A stretch of 64,000 bases of DNA from positions 3,392,001-3,456,000 of the forward strand of contig OY762721.1 in NCBI GenBank assembly GCA_963666345.1. The letters are read 5' to 3'. Origin of the DNA: Desulfatiglandales bacterium (GTDB lineage: Bacteria; Desulfobacterota; DSM-4660; Desulfatiglandales; Desulfatiglandaceae). The notes below the pieces were generated by a model that was not told where the DNA came from, searched no databases, and saw nothing but the letters and a program-made list of their open reading frames with translations. Shown here piece by piece: positions 50,179 through 60,033 of this stretch (positions within the stretch are counted from its first letter, which is position 1; every line of letters starts with the position of its first letter). Made by a program: the position numbers and the translations under genes.

Positions 50179-51027
50179 ATGGAAACTCAGATAGTAGTGA
50201 GCACGGCCGCCTTTGACGGTTATGATTATTCCGTTTCCTTAAGGGAGATATCGAGACTCGGAGTGAGCCTGGTAGAATTCGCTTTTATAGAAGGTTATAC
50301 CGATCCCTTTACAGATGACTATTTCATTGGGAAAAATGCAAGGGCGATATCCTCTCTTTTGGATGAAAACGGATTGACCTGCCTTGGCTTTTCGGCGCAT
50401 ATCGATCTTTCTCAGGAGGGCGCGGCAGACAGGTTTTCAAGACGCATGGATTTTGCGAAGTCCCTCGGAGCAAGGTTCATTATTTCAAATGCGGCACCGG
50501 CTGAAAGGGAAAGCCGGTTTATGACCAATATAGCTAAGCTCGCAAGACTTGCGGATTTGCTCGATATGGATATCGCGCTTGAAAACCCCGGTGACGGCAG
50601 AAGCAATATACTGGACAGGGGGGCGCAGGCAAAGAGAGTAATCGAAAAAATCGGTTCCGACAGGGTCAGGATAAATTACGATTTCGGAAATCTCATCTCC
50701 CATCTCTTCGAGAGGGTCAGGCCTGAAATCGATTACAAGGATGCCCTGCCGTATATCTCATACTTCCATATCAAGGATGTGGCATCCGATGAACAGGGAT
50801 GGTATTTTACGGAGATAGGCAAGGGTGAAATAGATTACAGGGCCGTACTCAATGAATTGAAATTGCTGCCTGAATGTCTTCCCGTCTCCCTGGAGATTCC
50901 CCTCAGAATCAGAAGGGGAAAGGATGCTCTTCCTTTGAGAAAGTCTTCTCCTGTTGAACTTGAAAGGATAATCGAGGTGCTTGAAAACTCGGTAAGATTT
51001 GTAAGGGATATCCTGGACATGACCTGA
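50179..51027 (+). CDS. Sugar phosphate isomerase/epimerase
   Basis: LENPG, NYDFGN, HIKD, IGKGEIDY, SLE. Confidence 0.85.
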   Translation: METQIVVSTAAFDGYDYSVSLREISRLGVSLVEFAFIEGYTDPFTDDYFIGKNARAISSLLDENGLTCLGFSAHIDLSQEGAADRFSRRMDFAKSLGARFIISNAAPAERESRFMTNIAKLARLADLLDMDIALENPGDGRSNILDRGAQAKRVIEKIGSDRVRINYDFGNLISHLFERVRPEIDYKDALPYISYFHIKDVASDEQGWYFTEIGKGEIDYRAVLNELKLLPECLPVSLEIPLRIRRGKDALPLRKSSPVELERIIEVLENSVRFVRDILDMT

Positions 51028-51095
51028 TGAATGTGGGCGGAGGGCGGACTCCGCAATCCCGGGTTTTTTATTCAACCATATAGGAGAAAAATGAT

Positions 51096-51542
51096 ATGGA
51101 TAAGATAGCGCTGGGATGTGACCCTAATGCGGTTGGGCTCAAGGAGATCATAAAGGGTCATCTAAACGAGCTTGGATACGAGTGGGAGGATTACGGAAGC
51201 GATGATTCCATCTACGCAAATGTGGCGATCAGGGTGGCTGAGGCGGTTTCTGCGGGAAGGCACAGAAGAGGCATCCTTTTTTGCGGTACCGGAATAGGTA
51301 TGTCAATTGCCGCCAACAAGGTGCCGGGGGCCTATGCGGCCAACTGCTCTGACCCATACTCGGCGGAACGCTCGATAAAGAGCAACAATGCCAATATCCT
51401 GACCCTCGGGTCTCAGGTCCTGGGGCATGAAGTGGCAAAGTACCTTGTTACTATCTGGATGGAATCGGAGTATGTCCCGGGTGGAAGGTCGGAGCCTAAG
51501 ATACAGCGGATCCTTGAATACGCTGCTCAGCATGATAAATAA
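51096..51542 (+). CDS. RpiB/LacAB-family sugar-phosphate isomerase
   Basis: ALGCD, GILFCGTGIGMSIAANKVPG, NNANIL. Confidence 0.92.
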   Translation: MDKIALGCDPNAVGLKEIIKGHLNELGYEWEDYGSDDSIYANVAIRVAEAVSAGRHRRGILFCGTGIGMSIAANKVPGAYAANCSDPYSAERSIKSNNANILTLGSQVLGHEVAKYLVTIWMESEYVPGGRSEPKIQRILEYAAQHDK

Positions 51543-51586
51543 AAGAGCACAAGGCAAACCCATTTTTCGAATCATGGAGGCGGAAG

Positions 51587-52594
51587 ATGAAGAAATTCAT
51601 TAATGATCCCTACGATGTTGTCGATGAGATGCTTGAAGGCTTTCTTGACGTTCACAAGGATTATGTAAGAAAGCTCGACACTGCCAGGGTCCTGGTAAGA
51701 AGGGACGCACCGGTGCGGGAAAAGGTCGGAATAGTATCGGGAGGAGGCTCAGGGCACAAGCCCGCCTTCATAGGATTTATAGGCGAAGGAATCCTTGATG
51801 CGGTTGCAGTAGGGGAGATCTTTACATCTCCTCCTCCGCTTGCATGCCTTGAGGCGGCCAAGGCGGTCGATTCCGGAAAGGGGGTGCTTTTTCTCCTGGG
51901 CAATTATGCAGGGGATGTGATGAATTTTCAGATGGCCTCTGATATGGCAAAGGCCGAAGGTATAGAAGTGGCCCAGGCCATATCCACCGATGATGTCGGC
52001 TCCATGCCCAGGGAGGAATCTTCCAAGAGAAGGGGGGTCGTGGGTTCTTTTCTCGGCTGGAAGGTTGCGGGTGCCAAGGCCGCTGCCGGGGGGACCCTCG
52101 AGGAATGTAAAAAGGCCGTTGAAAAGGTAAACGGCAATACTAGGACCCTTGGTGTGGCCCTTTCGCCATGCACGGTACCGGCCAAAGGTTCTCCCACCTT
52201 CACGCTCGCAGAAGATGAGATGGAATATGCTGTCGGTCATCATGGGGAACCGGGTACGGCCAAGATAAAGATGATGAGTGCCGATGCGATTACGGAGAGA
52301 ATGACGGGTGAAATTATCGATGATCTTCCTTTTAAAAAAGGCGATGAAGTCGCGGTGCTTATAAACGGGCTTGGCGGAACGCCTCATCTGGAGCTCTATA
52401 TCTGCTACAGAAGGGTGAGACGGATATTGAAAGAGATCGGGATAGACGTCGGGCTTTCATATGTGGGGGAGTTTTTTACAGGGCTTGAAATGGCCGGTTT
52501 TTCCGTTACACTCATGAGACTTGATGACGAACTCAAGGGGCTTCTCAAGGCCCCGGCCGACACACCATACTACAAGATACAGAGGGGCGGATGA
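51587..52594 (+). CDS. dhaK: Dihydroxyacetone kinase-family subunit K
   Basis: MKKFIN, SGGGSGHKP, NYAGDVMNF, GHHGEPG, NGLGGT. Confidence 0.9.
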   Translation: MKKFINDPYDVVDEMLEGFLDVHKDYVRKLDTARVLVRRDAPVREKVGIVSGGGSGHKPAFIGFIGEGILDAVAVGEIFTSPPPLACLEAAKAVDSGKGVLFLLGNYAGDVMNFQMASDMAKAEGIEVAQAISTDDVGSMPREESSKRRGVVGSFLGWKVAGAKAAAGGTLEECKKAVEKVNGNTRTLGVALSPCTVPAKGSPTFTLAEDEMEYAVGHHGEPGTAKIKMMSADAITERMTGEIIDDLPFKKGDEVAVLINGLGGTPHLELYICYRRVRRILKEIGIDVGLSYVGEFFTGLEMAGFSVTLMRLDDELKGLLKAPADTPYYKIQRGG

Positions 52595-52595
52595 A

Positions 52596-53234
52596 ATGGC
52601 GGAAACAATAAAACCGGATCAGGTCCACAGGGCCTTGGAAGATATCTGCGACGCAATCGAAGCACATAAGGAATACCTCTCGGAACTCGACGGCGCCATA
52701 GGTGACGGAGACCATGGGGTGAACATGGCCAAATGCTTCAGGGAGGTTAAGAAGAAATTGGCCGATACCGAGGCAACGGATATCGAAGCGCCTTTTAAGG
52801 CAGTGGGCATGGTTGTTCTAAATTCGGTGGGAGGGGCCATGGGCGCCCTTTACGGCACATTTTTTTTAAGGCTTGCCAAGGAGGCGGCCGGGCTCAAAGA
52901 GGCTTCGCTTTCAGACCTTGTCAGGATGTTTCAGGCAGCTGAAAAGGGAATACTTGAAATCGGAAAGGCCAAGCCGGGGGATAAGACCCTCCTTGATACC
53001 CTCGTACCTGCGGTGAGGGCGCTTGAGCATGCGGAAAAGGAAGGCAAAAAACTGAATGAGGCGTTTTCGATATTTGAGCAGGCAGCGGAAAAGGGGATGG
53101 AATCGACCAGGGAAATGATTGCAAAGATGGGCCGCGCAAGCCGTCTGGGTGAGCGGACCATCGGGCATCAGGATGCGGGCGCCACCTCCTGCTATCTCAT
53201 ACTTAGTGCCATGGCTAGAAGGCTGTATGAATAA
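52596..53234 (+). CDS. dhaL: Dihydroxyacetone kinase-family subunit L
   Basis: LDGAIGDGDHG, GDKTLLD, GRASRLGER, DAGA. Confidence 0.9.
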   Translation: MAETIKPDQVHRALEDICDAIEAHKEYLSELDGAIGDGDHGVNMAKCFREVKKKLADTEATDIEAPFKAVGMVVLNSVGGAMGALYGTFFLRLAKEAAGLKEASLSDLVRMFQAAEKGILEIGKAKPGDKTLLDTLVPAVRALEHAEKEGKKLNEAFSIFEQAAEKGMESTREMIAKMGRASRLGERTIGHQDAGATSCYLILSAMARRLYE

Positions 53235-53261
53235 AGGCACGACAGAATTCAGGGTTTTATC

Positions 53262-53412
53262 TAGAACCCATCCAGAAATGGATCATTTCTGGATGTTGTT
53301 TTCAGCCGACAGTTATCACCAAGCAGCCAATAAGTTGATCAAGTGTTTTACGGACTGCTGAAAGCTGATGGCTGATAGCGTGACTCCATAAATCTTGATT
53401 TATGGATGAACC
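53262..53412. repeat. MITE-like element, copy 1
   Basis: Terminal hairpins CATCCAGAAATG..CATTTCTGGATG and CCATAAATC..GATTTATGG; homologous to 57605-57745. Confidence 0.6.
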
Positions 53413-53741
53413 GGGTATTACCGGCTGCAGGCCAGATATCTCTTCTTCAGTATGTTCAGAAATAATAACACTTGAAAATATTGTATTTGTATATTTAAAT
53501 CCCCTCCTTAAAAGCGGATGTCATTCCATTATAGAAAACCTGGTTTTGAAACCCGGGCATTCCAGGTTTCGGCATGGCAAACTGTATCCTTGCAGGGTCA
53601 ATGCGTTGTCTCCCGGGCGGGATCTTTTACTGATCATATGCGCTGGTTTATCTTCCTTAGACATGCAGCCCTTTATATGTCTTATCCTGATCATCTTCGT
53701 GCGAGCCTTTTTCTCAGGGGGAGCTTATTATATGGAGAGCC

Positions 53742-54989
53742 TTGATGAACATTTCAGGCATTTCTGCCTCTTCCGGTGGTAAAAAAAACAGGTGGGACCT
53801 TGTCCTGCTTTTTGTCGGCGCGGGGGTCGTCGCCTCTTTTCAGGTCGGTAAGGCCCCTCCCATGCTCCCCTCCATCAGGGATGAACTTGGGATGAGCCTG
53901 GTGCTTGCCGGGTGGGTGCTTTCGACCTTCAACGTGCTGGGGCTTGCAGTGGGTTCCCTCGCCGGTGCCGTATCAGACGCACTGGGGCACCGCCTCGTGC
54001 TCTTCTCCGGCCTTGTTTTACAGGCCGCCGGGAGCATTATCGGCGCCTTTTCTCCCGTGGCTTCCATTCTTCTGACAACCAGGTTGTTTGAAGGCCTCGG
54101 TTTTCTTATGATCGCGTCTTCGGCCCCTGTATTGATCTTCAAGGTTACAAGGCCCTCAGACGTGAGGTTTTCCCTTGCGGTATGGAGCTGTTTTCTGCCT
54201 GCAGGCGCATCCATTATCATGCTGCTTGCGCCCATGTTCAACTCTTTTTCGGGGTGGAGGGGGTTGTGGCTTGCAAACGGGGCTGTCCTGGTCCTATTCG
54301 CTGTTTTTTTCATGAAAAAGACGGATGGGATGTCTATGCCCGAGGTGAAAACCAGCCTTAATCTGAAGCGGTTTATAGGGGATTTTGCGGGTACGGTCAC
54401 TTCAGCCGGTCCTCTGCTGCTGTCTTTTATTTTTGCGGCCTATACACTGCAGTGGCTTACCGTCATGGGTTTTCTTCCCACCCTTCTCATAGATGATTTC
54501 GGGATAGGAAAGGGATCGGCCTCGATTTTTACGGCTGTCATGGTGGCGGTTAATATCCCCGGCAATCTGGCCGGCGGGTGGCTCATGCAGAAGGGTATCG
54601 GCAGGGGAAAACTTATCTGTACTGCAATCCTTATAATGGGACTCAACTCTTTTGTGATCTACTCATCCGGGCTGCATTTCTGGATTCGATATGGAGGGTG
54701 TCTTGCGTTTTCCGGATTCGGAGGGCTGCTTCCGGCTTCAATCCTAAGCGGGGCACCTGTGCATGCTCCCTGTTCCGATCAGGTAGGAACTACAAATGGT
54801 CTCATAATGCAGGGAGGCCAGCTGGGGCAGCTGGTCGGACCTCCCGTGCTGGCAGTGCTTGTTTCGCACACGGGGACCTGGCAATCCGCCCCTTTCATGC
54901 TTTTTGCAGCAGCCCTGACAGGGGCGGGCCTTTCCCTCATCCTTTCGATGAAAGAGAAAAAAATGGAGTCTGATGTAACCGGTCTTTAA
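53742..54989 (+). CDS. MFS transporter (CynX/NimT-like)
   Basis: About 12 TM helices; GAVSDALGHR, RLFEGLGF. Confidence 0.88.
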   Translation: MMNISGISASSGGKKNRWDLVLLFVGAGVVASFQVGKAPPMLPSIRDELGMSLVLAGWVLSTFNVLGLAVGSLAGAVSDALGHRLVLFSGLVLQAAGSIIGAFSPVASILLTTRLFEGLGFLMIASSAPVLIFKVTRPSDVRFSLAVWSCFLPAGASIIMLLAPMFNSFSGWRGLWLANGAVLVLFAVFFMKKTDGMSMPEVKTSLNLKRFIGDFAGTVTSAGPLLLSFIFAAYTLQWLTVMGFLPTLLIDDFGIGKGSASIFTAVMVAVNIPGNLAGGWLMQKGIGRGKLICTAILIMGLNSFVIYSSGLHFWIRYGGCLAFSGFGGLLPASILSGAPVHAPCSDQVGTTNGLIMQGGQLGQLVGPPVLAVLVSHTGTWQSAPFMLFAAALTGAGLSLILSMKEKKMESDVTGL

Positions 54990-55016
54990 GTAACACGTAA
55001 AGGATTAAAAAGCTCG

Positions 55017-56294
55017 TTAAAGATGTTTGTGGGTAAATGTCTTTTTCCCGTCCGCATAGTCGGCCACGACCTGGCCCTTGCCCTTGAGCTTCCACTTGTA
55101 GATCATGAGGCCTTCAAGCCCCACAGGCCCGCGAGCGTGTATCTTCCCCGTGCTTATGCCTACCTCGGCCCCCAGCCCGTAACGGTATCCGTCGCTGAAA
55201 CGGGTGCTGCAGTTCCAGAATACATTTCCGGAATCGACCAGATTCATAAAATTTCCGGCAACCGATTCATCGGCCGTGACAATGGAATCGGTGTGTCCCG
55301 ATCCGTAGGTGTTTATGTGATCTATCGCCTCATCAGCGTCTTTGACCACCTTTATGGAGATGATCAGGTCCAGGTATTCCGTGCGCCAGTCTTTTTCTGT
55401 GGCCGGCTTGACATCAACTATACCGGCGGTACCGGGGCATCCCCTCAATTCAACCCCCTTCTCCGAAAGGGCGCTACATACCAGGGGAAGAAAATCGGGC
55501 GCGACAGACTCATGAACCAGAAGGGTTTCAACCGCGTTACAGACCGCCACATACTGGCACTTGGAATCCACCGTTATGTCACATGCCATCTGGAGATCCG
55601 CATCCTTATCGATGTAGAGATGACATATACCGTCGGCATGCCCCATAACAGGGATGTCGGAATTGTCCATAATGAACCTGACGAATTCATTGGACCCGCG
55701 CGGTATGACAAGGTCGATAAGGTCATCCATCTTGAGCATCTCCATCACGTCGGATCTGGTCTCAAGAAGCTGCAGCCAGCCGGCAGGGATGCCCTCCGCC
55801 TCGCTTGCATTTTTTATAATCTCGGCAAGGACCCTGTTCGTGTTTGCAGCCTCGCTTCCTCCCTTTAAAAGTGCTGAGTTTCCACTCTTGAGACAAAGGG
55901 TGGATATCTGAACGAGTGCGTCAGGCCTTGATTCAAATATCACTCCGGTCACCCCGATGGGGCAGCTTACCTGATAAAGCTCAAGTCCTCTGTCAAGTTC
56001 CCTGGCACTGATCGTCCTGCCGACAGGTTCATCAAGCTTGATGAGACTTCCGATCCCGTCTATTACTCCGGCAAGTTTTGCCCGATCAAACCTGAGTCGT
56101 TTTAAAAGGGGGGGCGCGAGGTTGTTTTCCCGGCTTACGGCGAGATCTTTTTCATTTGCCTCAAACAGGGCCTGCCTGTTTGAATCGAGGGCATCTGCGA
56201 CGGCCTTTAGCGCCCTGTTTTTTGTCTCTGTTCCTGTGGCGGCAAGTTTTATTGAGGCGGCTTTTGCCGCGCGCGCGGATTCCCTGATATCCAT
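55017..56294 (-). CDS. proA: Gamma-glutamyl phosphate reductase
   Basis: IFESRPD, LKGGSEA, CNAVETLL, STRFSDG, GAEVGIST, HARGPVG. Confidence 0.97.
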   Translation of the reverse strand: MDIRESARAAKAASIKLAATGTETKNRALKAVADALDSNRQALFEANEKDLAVSRENNLAPPLLKRLRFDRAKLAGVIDGIGSLIKLDEPVGRTISARELDRGLELYQVSCPIGVTGVIFESRPDALVQISTLCLKSGNSALLKGGSEAANTNRVLAEIIKNASEAEGIPAGWLQLLETRSDVMEMLKMDDLIDLVIPRGSNEFVRFIMDNSDIPVMGHADGICHLYIDKDADLQMACDITVDSKCQYVAVCNAVETLLVHESVAPDFLPLVCSALSEKGVELRGCPGTAGIVDVKPATEKDWRTEYLDLIISIKVVKDADEAIDHINTYGSGHTDSIVTADESVAGNFMNLVDSGNVFWNCSTRFSDGYRYGLGAEVGISTGKIHARGPVGLEGLMIYKWKLKGKGQVVADYADGKKTFTHKHL

Positions 56295-56697
56295 AGATAA
56301 GCCTCCCTGTTGAAATAACCCGAACGGCCAATATGAGATGAATACATGAAAGAGCATATATAAGTCAAATGCTTATATGATTTAAAGAGTTACAGATCGT
56401 GGGCGCCTCAATGGGATATCCCGTTTCTTCATCTGTTCCCGGATCCCGGTCCTGCCGGAACCAATCCTTCCGCCTGTCTCGGATTTATTCCGGCAGCAGC
56501 CCCAAGGTATTTGCCGGAAATCCTTGCTGATTTATTTTTCTCACTTGATTATCGGATAATGATACTTAATTGTTACTGCAAAGTAATTAGGGCCTTACAT
56601 GCCTGGCAAGTTAAATGAAGATTTTCCGACAATTCAAATTTTCGGGTGTTTTTTGTTTAGACCGGATTCATGATGTCCATCTCTTTTGGAGGAGACC

Positions 56698-57528
56698 ATG
56701 AAAATAAAAAAAATAACATCTCTTACGGCGATGCTCTGCTTTGGGCTGCTTTTGATCACAGGATTTATCCTTTATATAGTGCCTCACGGCAGGGTGGCGT
56801 ACTGGGCCGACTGGCGCCTGTGGGGGCTTTCAAAGACTCAATGGACAGATATACATGTTAACGTGAGCCTGCTGTTCATTCTGTCAGGTTTTCTCCATAT
56901 CTATTATAACTGGAAACAGATCGTGTCCTATCTCAAAAACAGGGCAAAGGAAATCAAGATTTTTACGAGGGATTTCAACATCGCCCTGCTTGTAACCGTG
57001 ATTTTCGTGGCCGGTACCTATTTTATGATCCCGCCCCTCAGCTGGGTAATCAATCTCAGTGAATCAATCAAAGATGCAGCATCGGTAAAATATGGAGAAC
57101 CTCCTTACGGACATGCCGAGCTTTCCACTGTCAAGACATTTGCAAAAAAGATGGGCTTTGATGCTGAAGATGCAATCCAAAAGGTTAAAAAGAGAGGGCT
57201 TAAGATAGAAGGCCCTGAACAGACACTTAAAGATATCGCGAATGCCAACGGTTTGTCACCGCATGGTTTGTATCTCATGATGAAGCCTGAAAAAGAGGAT
57301 TCCCTGACAGGAACCGGAAGCCTTCCTGATTCACCTCCTCCAGGTATCGGAAGAAGACCCCTGGCTGATTTATGCAGTGAATTCGGGCTCAATATGAAGG
57401 AGGTCCTCAGGGGCCTTTCAGAAAAAAAGATCGAGGCCTCCGCCGAGATGACCATGAAAGAGATAGGCGAAAAGATGGATATGAGCCCGGTCGATGTCTA
57501 TGGGATAATAAGGGAAATTTCAGGATAA
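56698..57528 (+). CDS. DUF4405-like membrane protein
   Basis: ITGFILYIVPHGRVAYW, WTDIH, HIYYNWK; conserved-looking His in TM helices. Confidence 0.7.
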   Translation: MKIKKITSLTAMLCFGLLLITGFILYIVPHGRVAYWADWRLWGLSKTQWTDIHVNVSLLFILSGFLHIYYNWKQIVSYLKNRAKEIKIFTRDFNIALLVTVIFVAGTYFMIPPLSWVINLSESIKDAASVKYGEPPYGHAELSTVKTFAKKMGFDAEDAIQKVKKRGLKIEGPEQTLKDIANANGLSPHGLYLMMKPEKEDSLTGTGSLPDSPPPGIGRRPLADLCSEFGLNMKEVLRGLSEKKIEASAEMTMKEIGEKMDMSPVDVYGIIREISG

Positions 57529-57604
57529 CGGTCGTGATTAAGCCATTGAGGTGTTGCCATCGGTTCAGGATGTCTTATCTTGATAGGAAAGTATTTTATG
57601 TGGT

Positions 57605-57745
57605 GCCCATCCGGAAACACACCATTCCTGGATGTTGCTTTCAGCCGGCGGCTATCGGCAAGTAACCAATAAGCTGATATCGCAGATGTTTAACTGAAAT
57701 CTGATTGCTGATGGCATGAGGCCATAAATCTTCATTTATGCACGA
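57605..57745. repeat. MITE-like element, copy 2 (diverged)
   Basis: CCCATCCGGAA..TTCCTGGATG...CCAATAAG...CCATAAATC..ATTTATG collinear with 53262-53412. Confidence 0.55.
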
Positions 57746-57795
57746 TGACAAGGTAGACATAATCGGTGTGATTCTATTTTTTTAAGGGAGCTTAT

Positions 57796-57969
57796 ATGAA
57801 AACCCTGGCTATATTCGCTGTATTTTTTGGAATATATTTTCTGTTACAACTGGTTATCCTTCCCAAGCTCGGCATAAACAGCTGAATGAGGCAGGCCTGT
57901 CAGGTGACGGGCAAGACTCTTATCGAAGACAAGGACGGCTCTGCAAAGGACACTGAGAAGCCTGAATAA
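57796..57969 (+). CDS. Candidate 57-aa membrane selenoprotein (Sec at codon 30)
   Basis: AAGGGAG RBS; TM helix then in-frame TGA 57883-57885; frame continues MRQACQVTGK...; SECIS-like hairpin with loop 16 nt after the UGA. Confidence 0.65.
57895..57912 (+). promoter_or_regulatory. Putative bacterial SECIS element
   Basis: GCCTGTC-AGGT-GACGGGC stem-loop with G in the apical loop. Confidence 0.6.
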
Positions 57970-58633
57970 GATTCAGCGCTTCCCATATCCGCAGCAGGCT
58001 CATTGAATCCTTCTTTTTTTCTTCCCAATACTTTTCATGCGGCCCTAAGGCGCTGGTAAACAGAAGGGCGTTTTATCTCGTATGCCTTTTGTTTTTACAT
58101 GCCGAACCCCGGCCGGCTATTGTCAGATACCTGATGATTTGTGTCTTGTTATGGATGAAAGCCTTGGTTCAAGGCCTAATCTCATAATAATCAGCATGTG
58201 ATATTGATGTCTTATATATTTTTTTATTCAAACATGAATATTGCAATGACAACATGATTTTTATTTGTTAATATCCACCAACTTTGCAATATAGAACCTC
58301 CTGTTCTTGCGGTACATCTCAAATTCCCCCTCCATCTCTTACAATCGTGCCGTTTCCTTTTACCTTCTCCTGCTGGGTAGCTGTTCACCCGGTAACTTCG
58401 CCTTTAGGATGGAATTTTCCGCTCCCTTTCGAGGGAGGGTCTTTGATATCCCGATTGTTCTAAACTGGTGTCCGTCGTAAAAATCATCCGCTTGCGGATG
58501 AGACAGTCGTCGTTCGGCATTCAATTTCCGATTTGTGCGATGAGTTTTTCTGCCTGCGTGAAAAGGGTTTTAGACTGGAAGCCGAAGACACTGAGGTTTT
58601 AGTCAGACACCAAGCAAGAGAAAGGGGGGTAAA

Positions 58634-59911
58634 ATGATCAGATTCATGCTTAGAGGTTTAATCATCCTTACATCGATAACCATCACCTTGGGGGCCTTTA
58701 TAGCGGTTCCCGGCATCATGGCCGCATCCGATCCTATCGTGATAGGCGCACCGGTGCCCAGGGCCAGTGCATACGGGCAGAACGGCGAAAGGGGCATGAT
58801 ACTTGCCGCAGAACAGATCAACGCCGAGGGAGGTATAAAAATCGGTGGAGTCATGCGCCCGTTGAAGCTGGAAATAATCGACGACAGGGACGAGGAACCG
58901 GGGGTCCCCACCAACGAAGTCCTTCTTGCCATTGAGAAACTGATTCTTCAGAAAAAGGTGGATCTGGTGGCCGGCGGGCCCTGTATGTCGGAATGCGGGA
59001 TGGCGGCCATGGATCTATATGCCAGGTACAAGGTGATAGATCTTGTCAGTATAGGGTGCTACACCCCCAGCTGGGACAAAAAAGTGGAAAAGGCCCGGGA
59101 CAAATACAAACATTCTTTCAGGGTAAGCGGCAGTGTGAAGTGGTATATAAAGGAAGGGCTCGATCTTTTGGCAAAGATCAAGGCGGATTACGGCTTTGAC
59201 AAGATGTTCATCTCAATCGATGACAGCCTCATGTGCCGAAAAGCCGCAGGAATAGTGGAAAAGCTTGCAACCAAGTCTGGGTGGAAAATCGTGGGGAGGG
59301 ACAAGCATCCGATCGGAACGACCGACTATGCAATGGCCCTGAGCGAGTGCAAGAAGTCGGGCGCGCAGGTCCTTTTCATGTGGGCCTATGCCCCTGAAAC
59401 CTCGATACTTCTGAAACAGTGGGCCGACATGGAGGTGCCGGCCCTTCCGATAGGATTCATAGGGGCGGCCGAAGACCCCGGATTCTGGAAGGCCACAAAC
59501 GGAAAGGGCGCATATACCATAGTGACCCTTTCGGAGACAGGCAATGTGCCTGCCGATGTAATGCCGGGCACCATGACCTTTTATAATGCGTTCGAGAAGA
59601 GATGGGGCGTGCCGCCCCGAAGCACCGGGTGCGTAAGCGCCTATGAGGCGCTCTTTGTGCTCAAGGATGCTATCGAGCGGGCCGGGAGTCTTGATAAGGC
59701 AGCCTTGATTGAGGCGCTCTCCAAAACCAACCTTCCCGCTGTCAGAGGAACCATACGCTTTGATGAGAACCACCAGATAGTGTACGGCTACGACCCCAAG
59801 ACCAGCGTGCTGGGCAACTGGGTCCAGTGGCAGAACGGCGAACGGGTATGCGTGTTTCCCGAGGCAGCTGCCACAGGGAAGATCCAGATTCCGCCCTGGT
59901 TGAAAAACTAG
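58634..59911 (+). CDS. Liv-family ABC substrate-binding protein
   Basis: PIVIGAP, INAEGGI, TDY; heads a livH/M/G/F + CoA ligase operon. Confidence 0.9.
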   Translation: MIRFMLRGLIILTSITITLGAFIAVPGIMAASDPIVIGAPVPRASAYGQNGERGMILAAEQINAEGGIKIGGVMRPLKLEIIDDRDEEPGVPTNEVLLAIEKLILQKKVDLVAGGPCMSECGMAAMDLYARYKVIDLVSIGCYTPSWDKKVEKARDKYKHSFRVSGSVKWYIKEGLDLLAKIKADYGFDKMFISIDDSLMCRKAAGIVEKLATKSGWKIVGRDKHPIGTTDYAMALSECKKSGAQVLFMWAYAPETSILLKQWADMEVPALPIGFIGAAEDPGFWKATNGKGAYTIVTLSETGNVPADVMPGTMTFYNAFEKRWGVPPRSTGCVSAYEALFVLKDAIERAGSLDKAALIEALSKTNLPAVRGTIRFDENHQIVYGYDPKTSVLGNWVQWQNGERVCVFPEAAATGKIQIPPWLKN

Positions 59912-60033
59912 TCGAACCCCGGCGGTTATTTTCGCGTGAGGGAACCCCGCAGAGTATGTCCCTCACCCCTCCGTAATCGATCTATGCCGTTCCGGCTGAC
60001 TGCCGGAGCGGCAACCACACACCACATAGAGAT

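Noticed and set aside
55023..55868. Long antisense ORFs (e.g. 55023-55868, 10605-11423, 62662-63477, 28437-29069)
   Set aside because: Shadows of well-supported genes on the opposite strand with no recognisable motifs.
58000..58630. Long leader of the second ABC operon as a riboswitch
   Set aside because: Only isolated hairpins (e.g. TCATCCGC-TT-GCGGATGA); no recognisable aptamer consensus.
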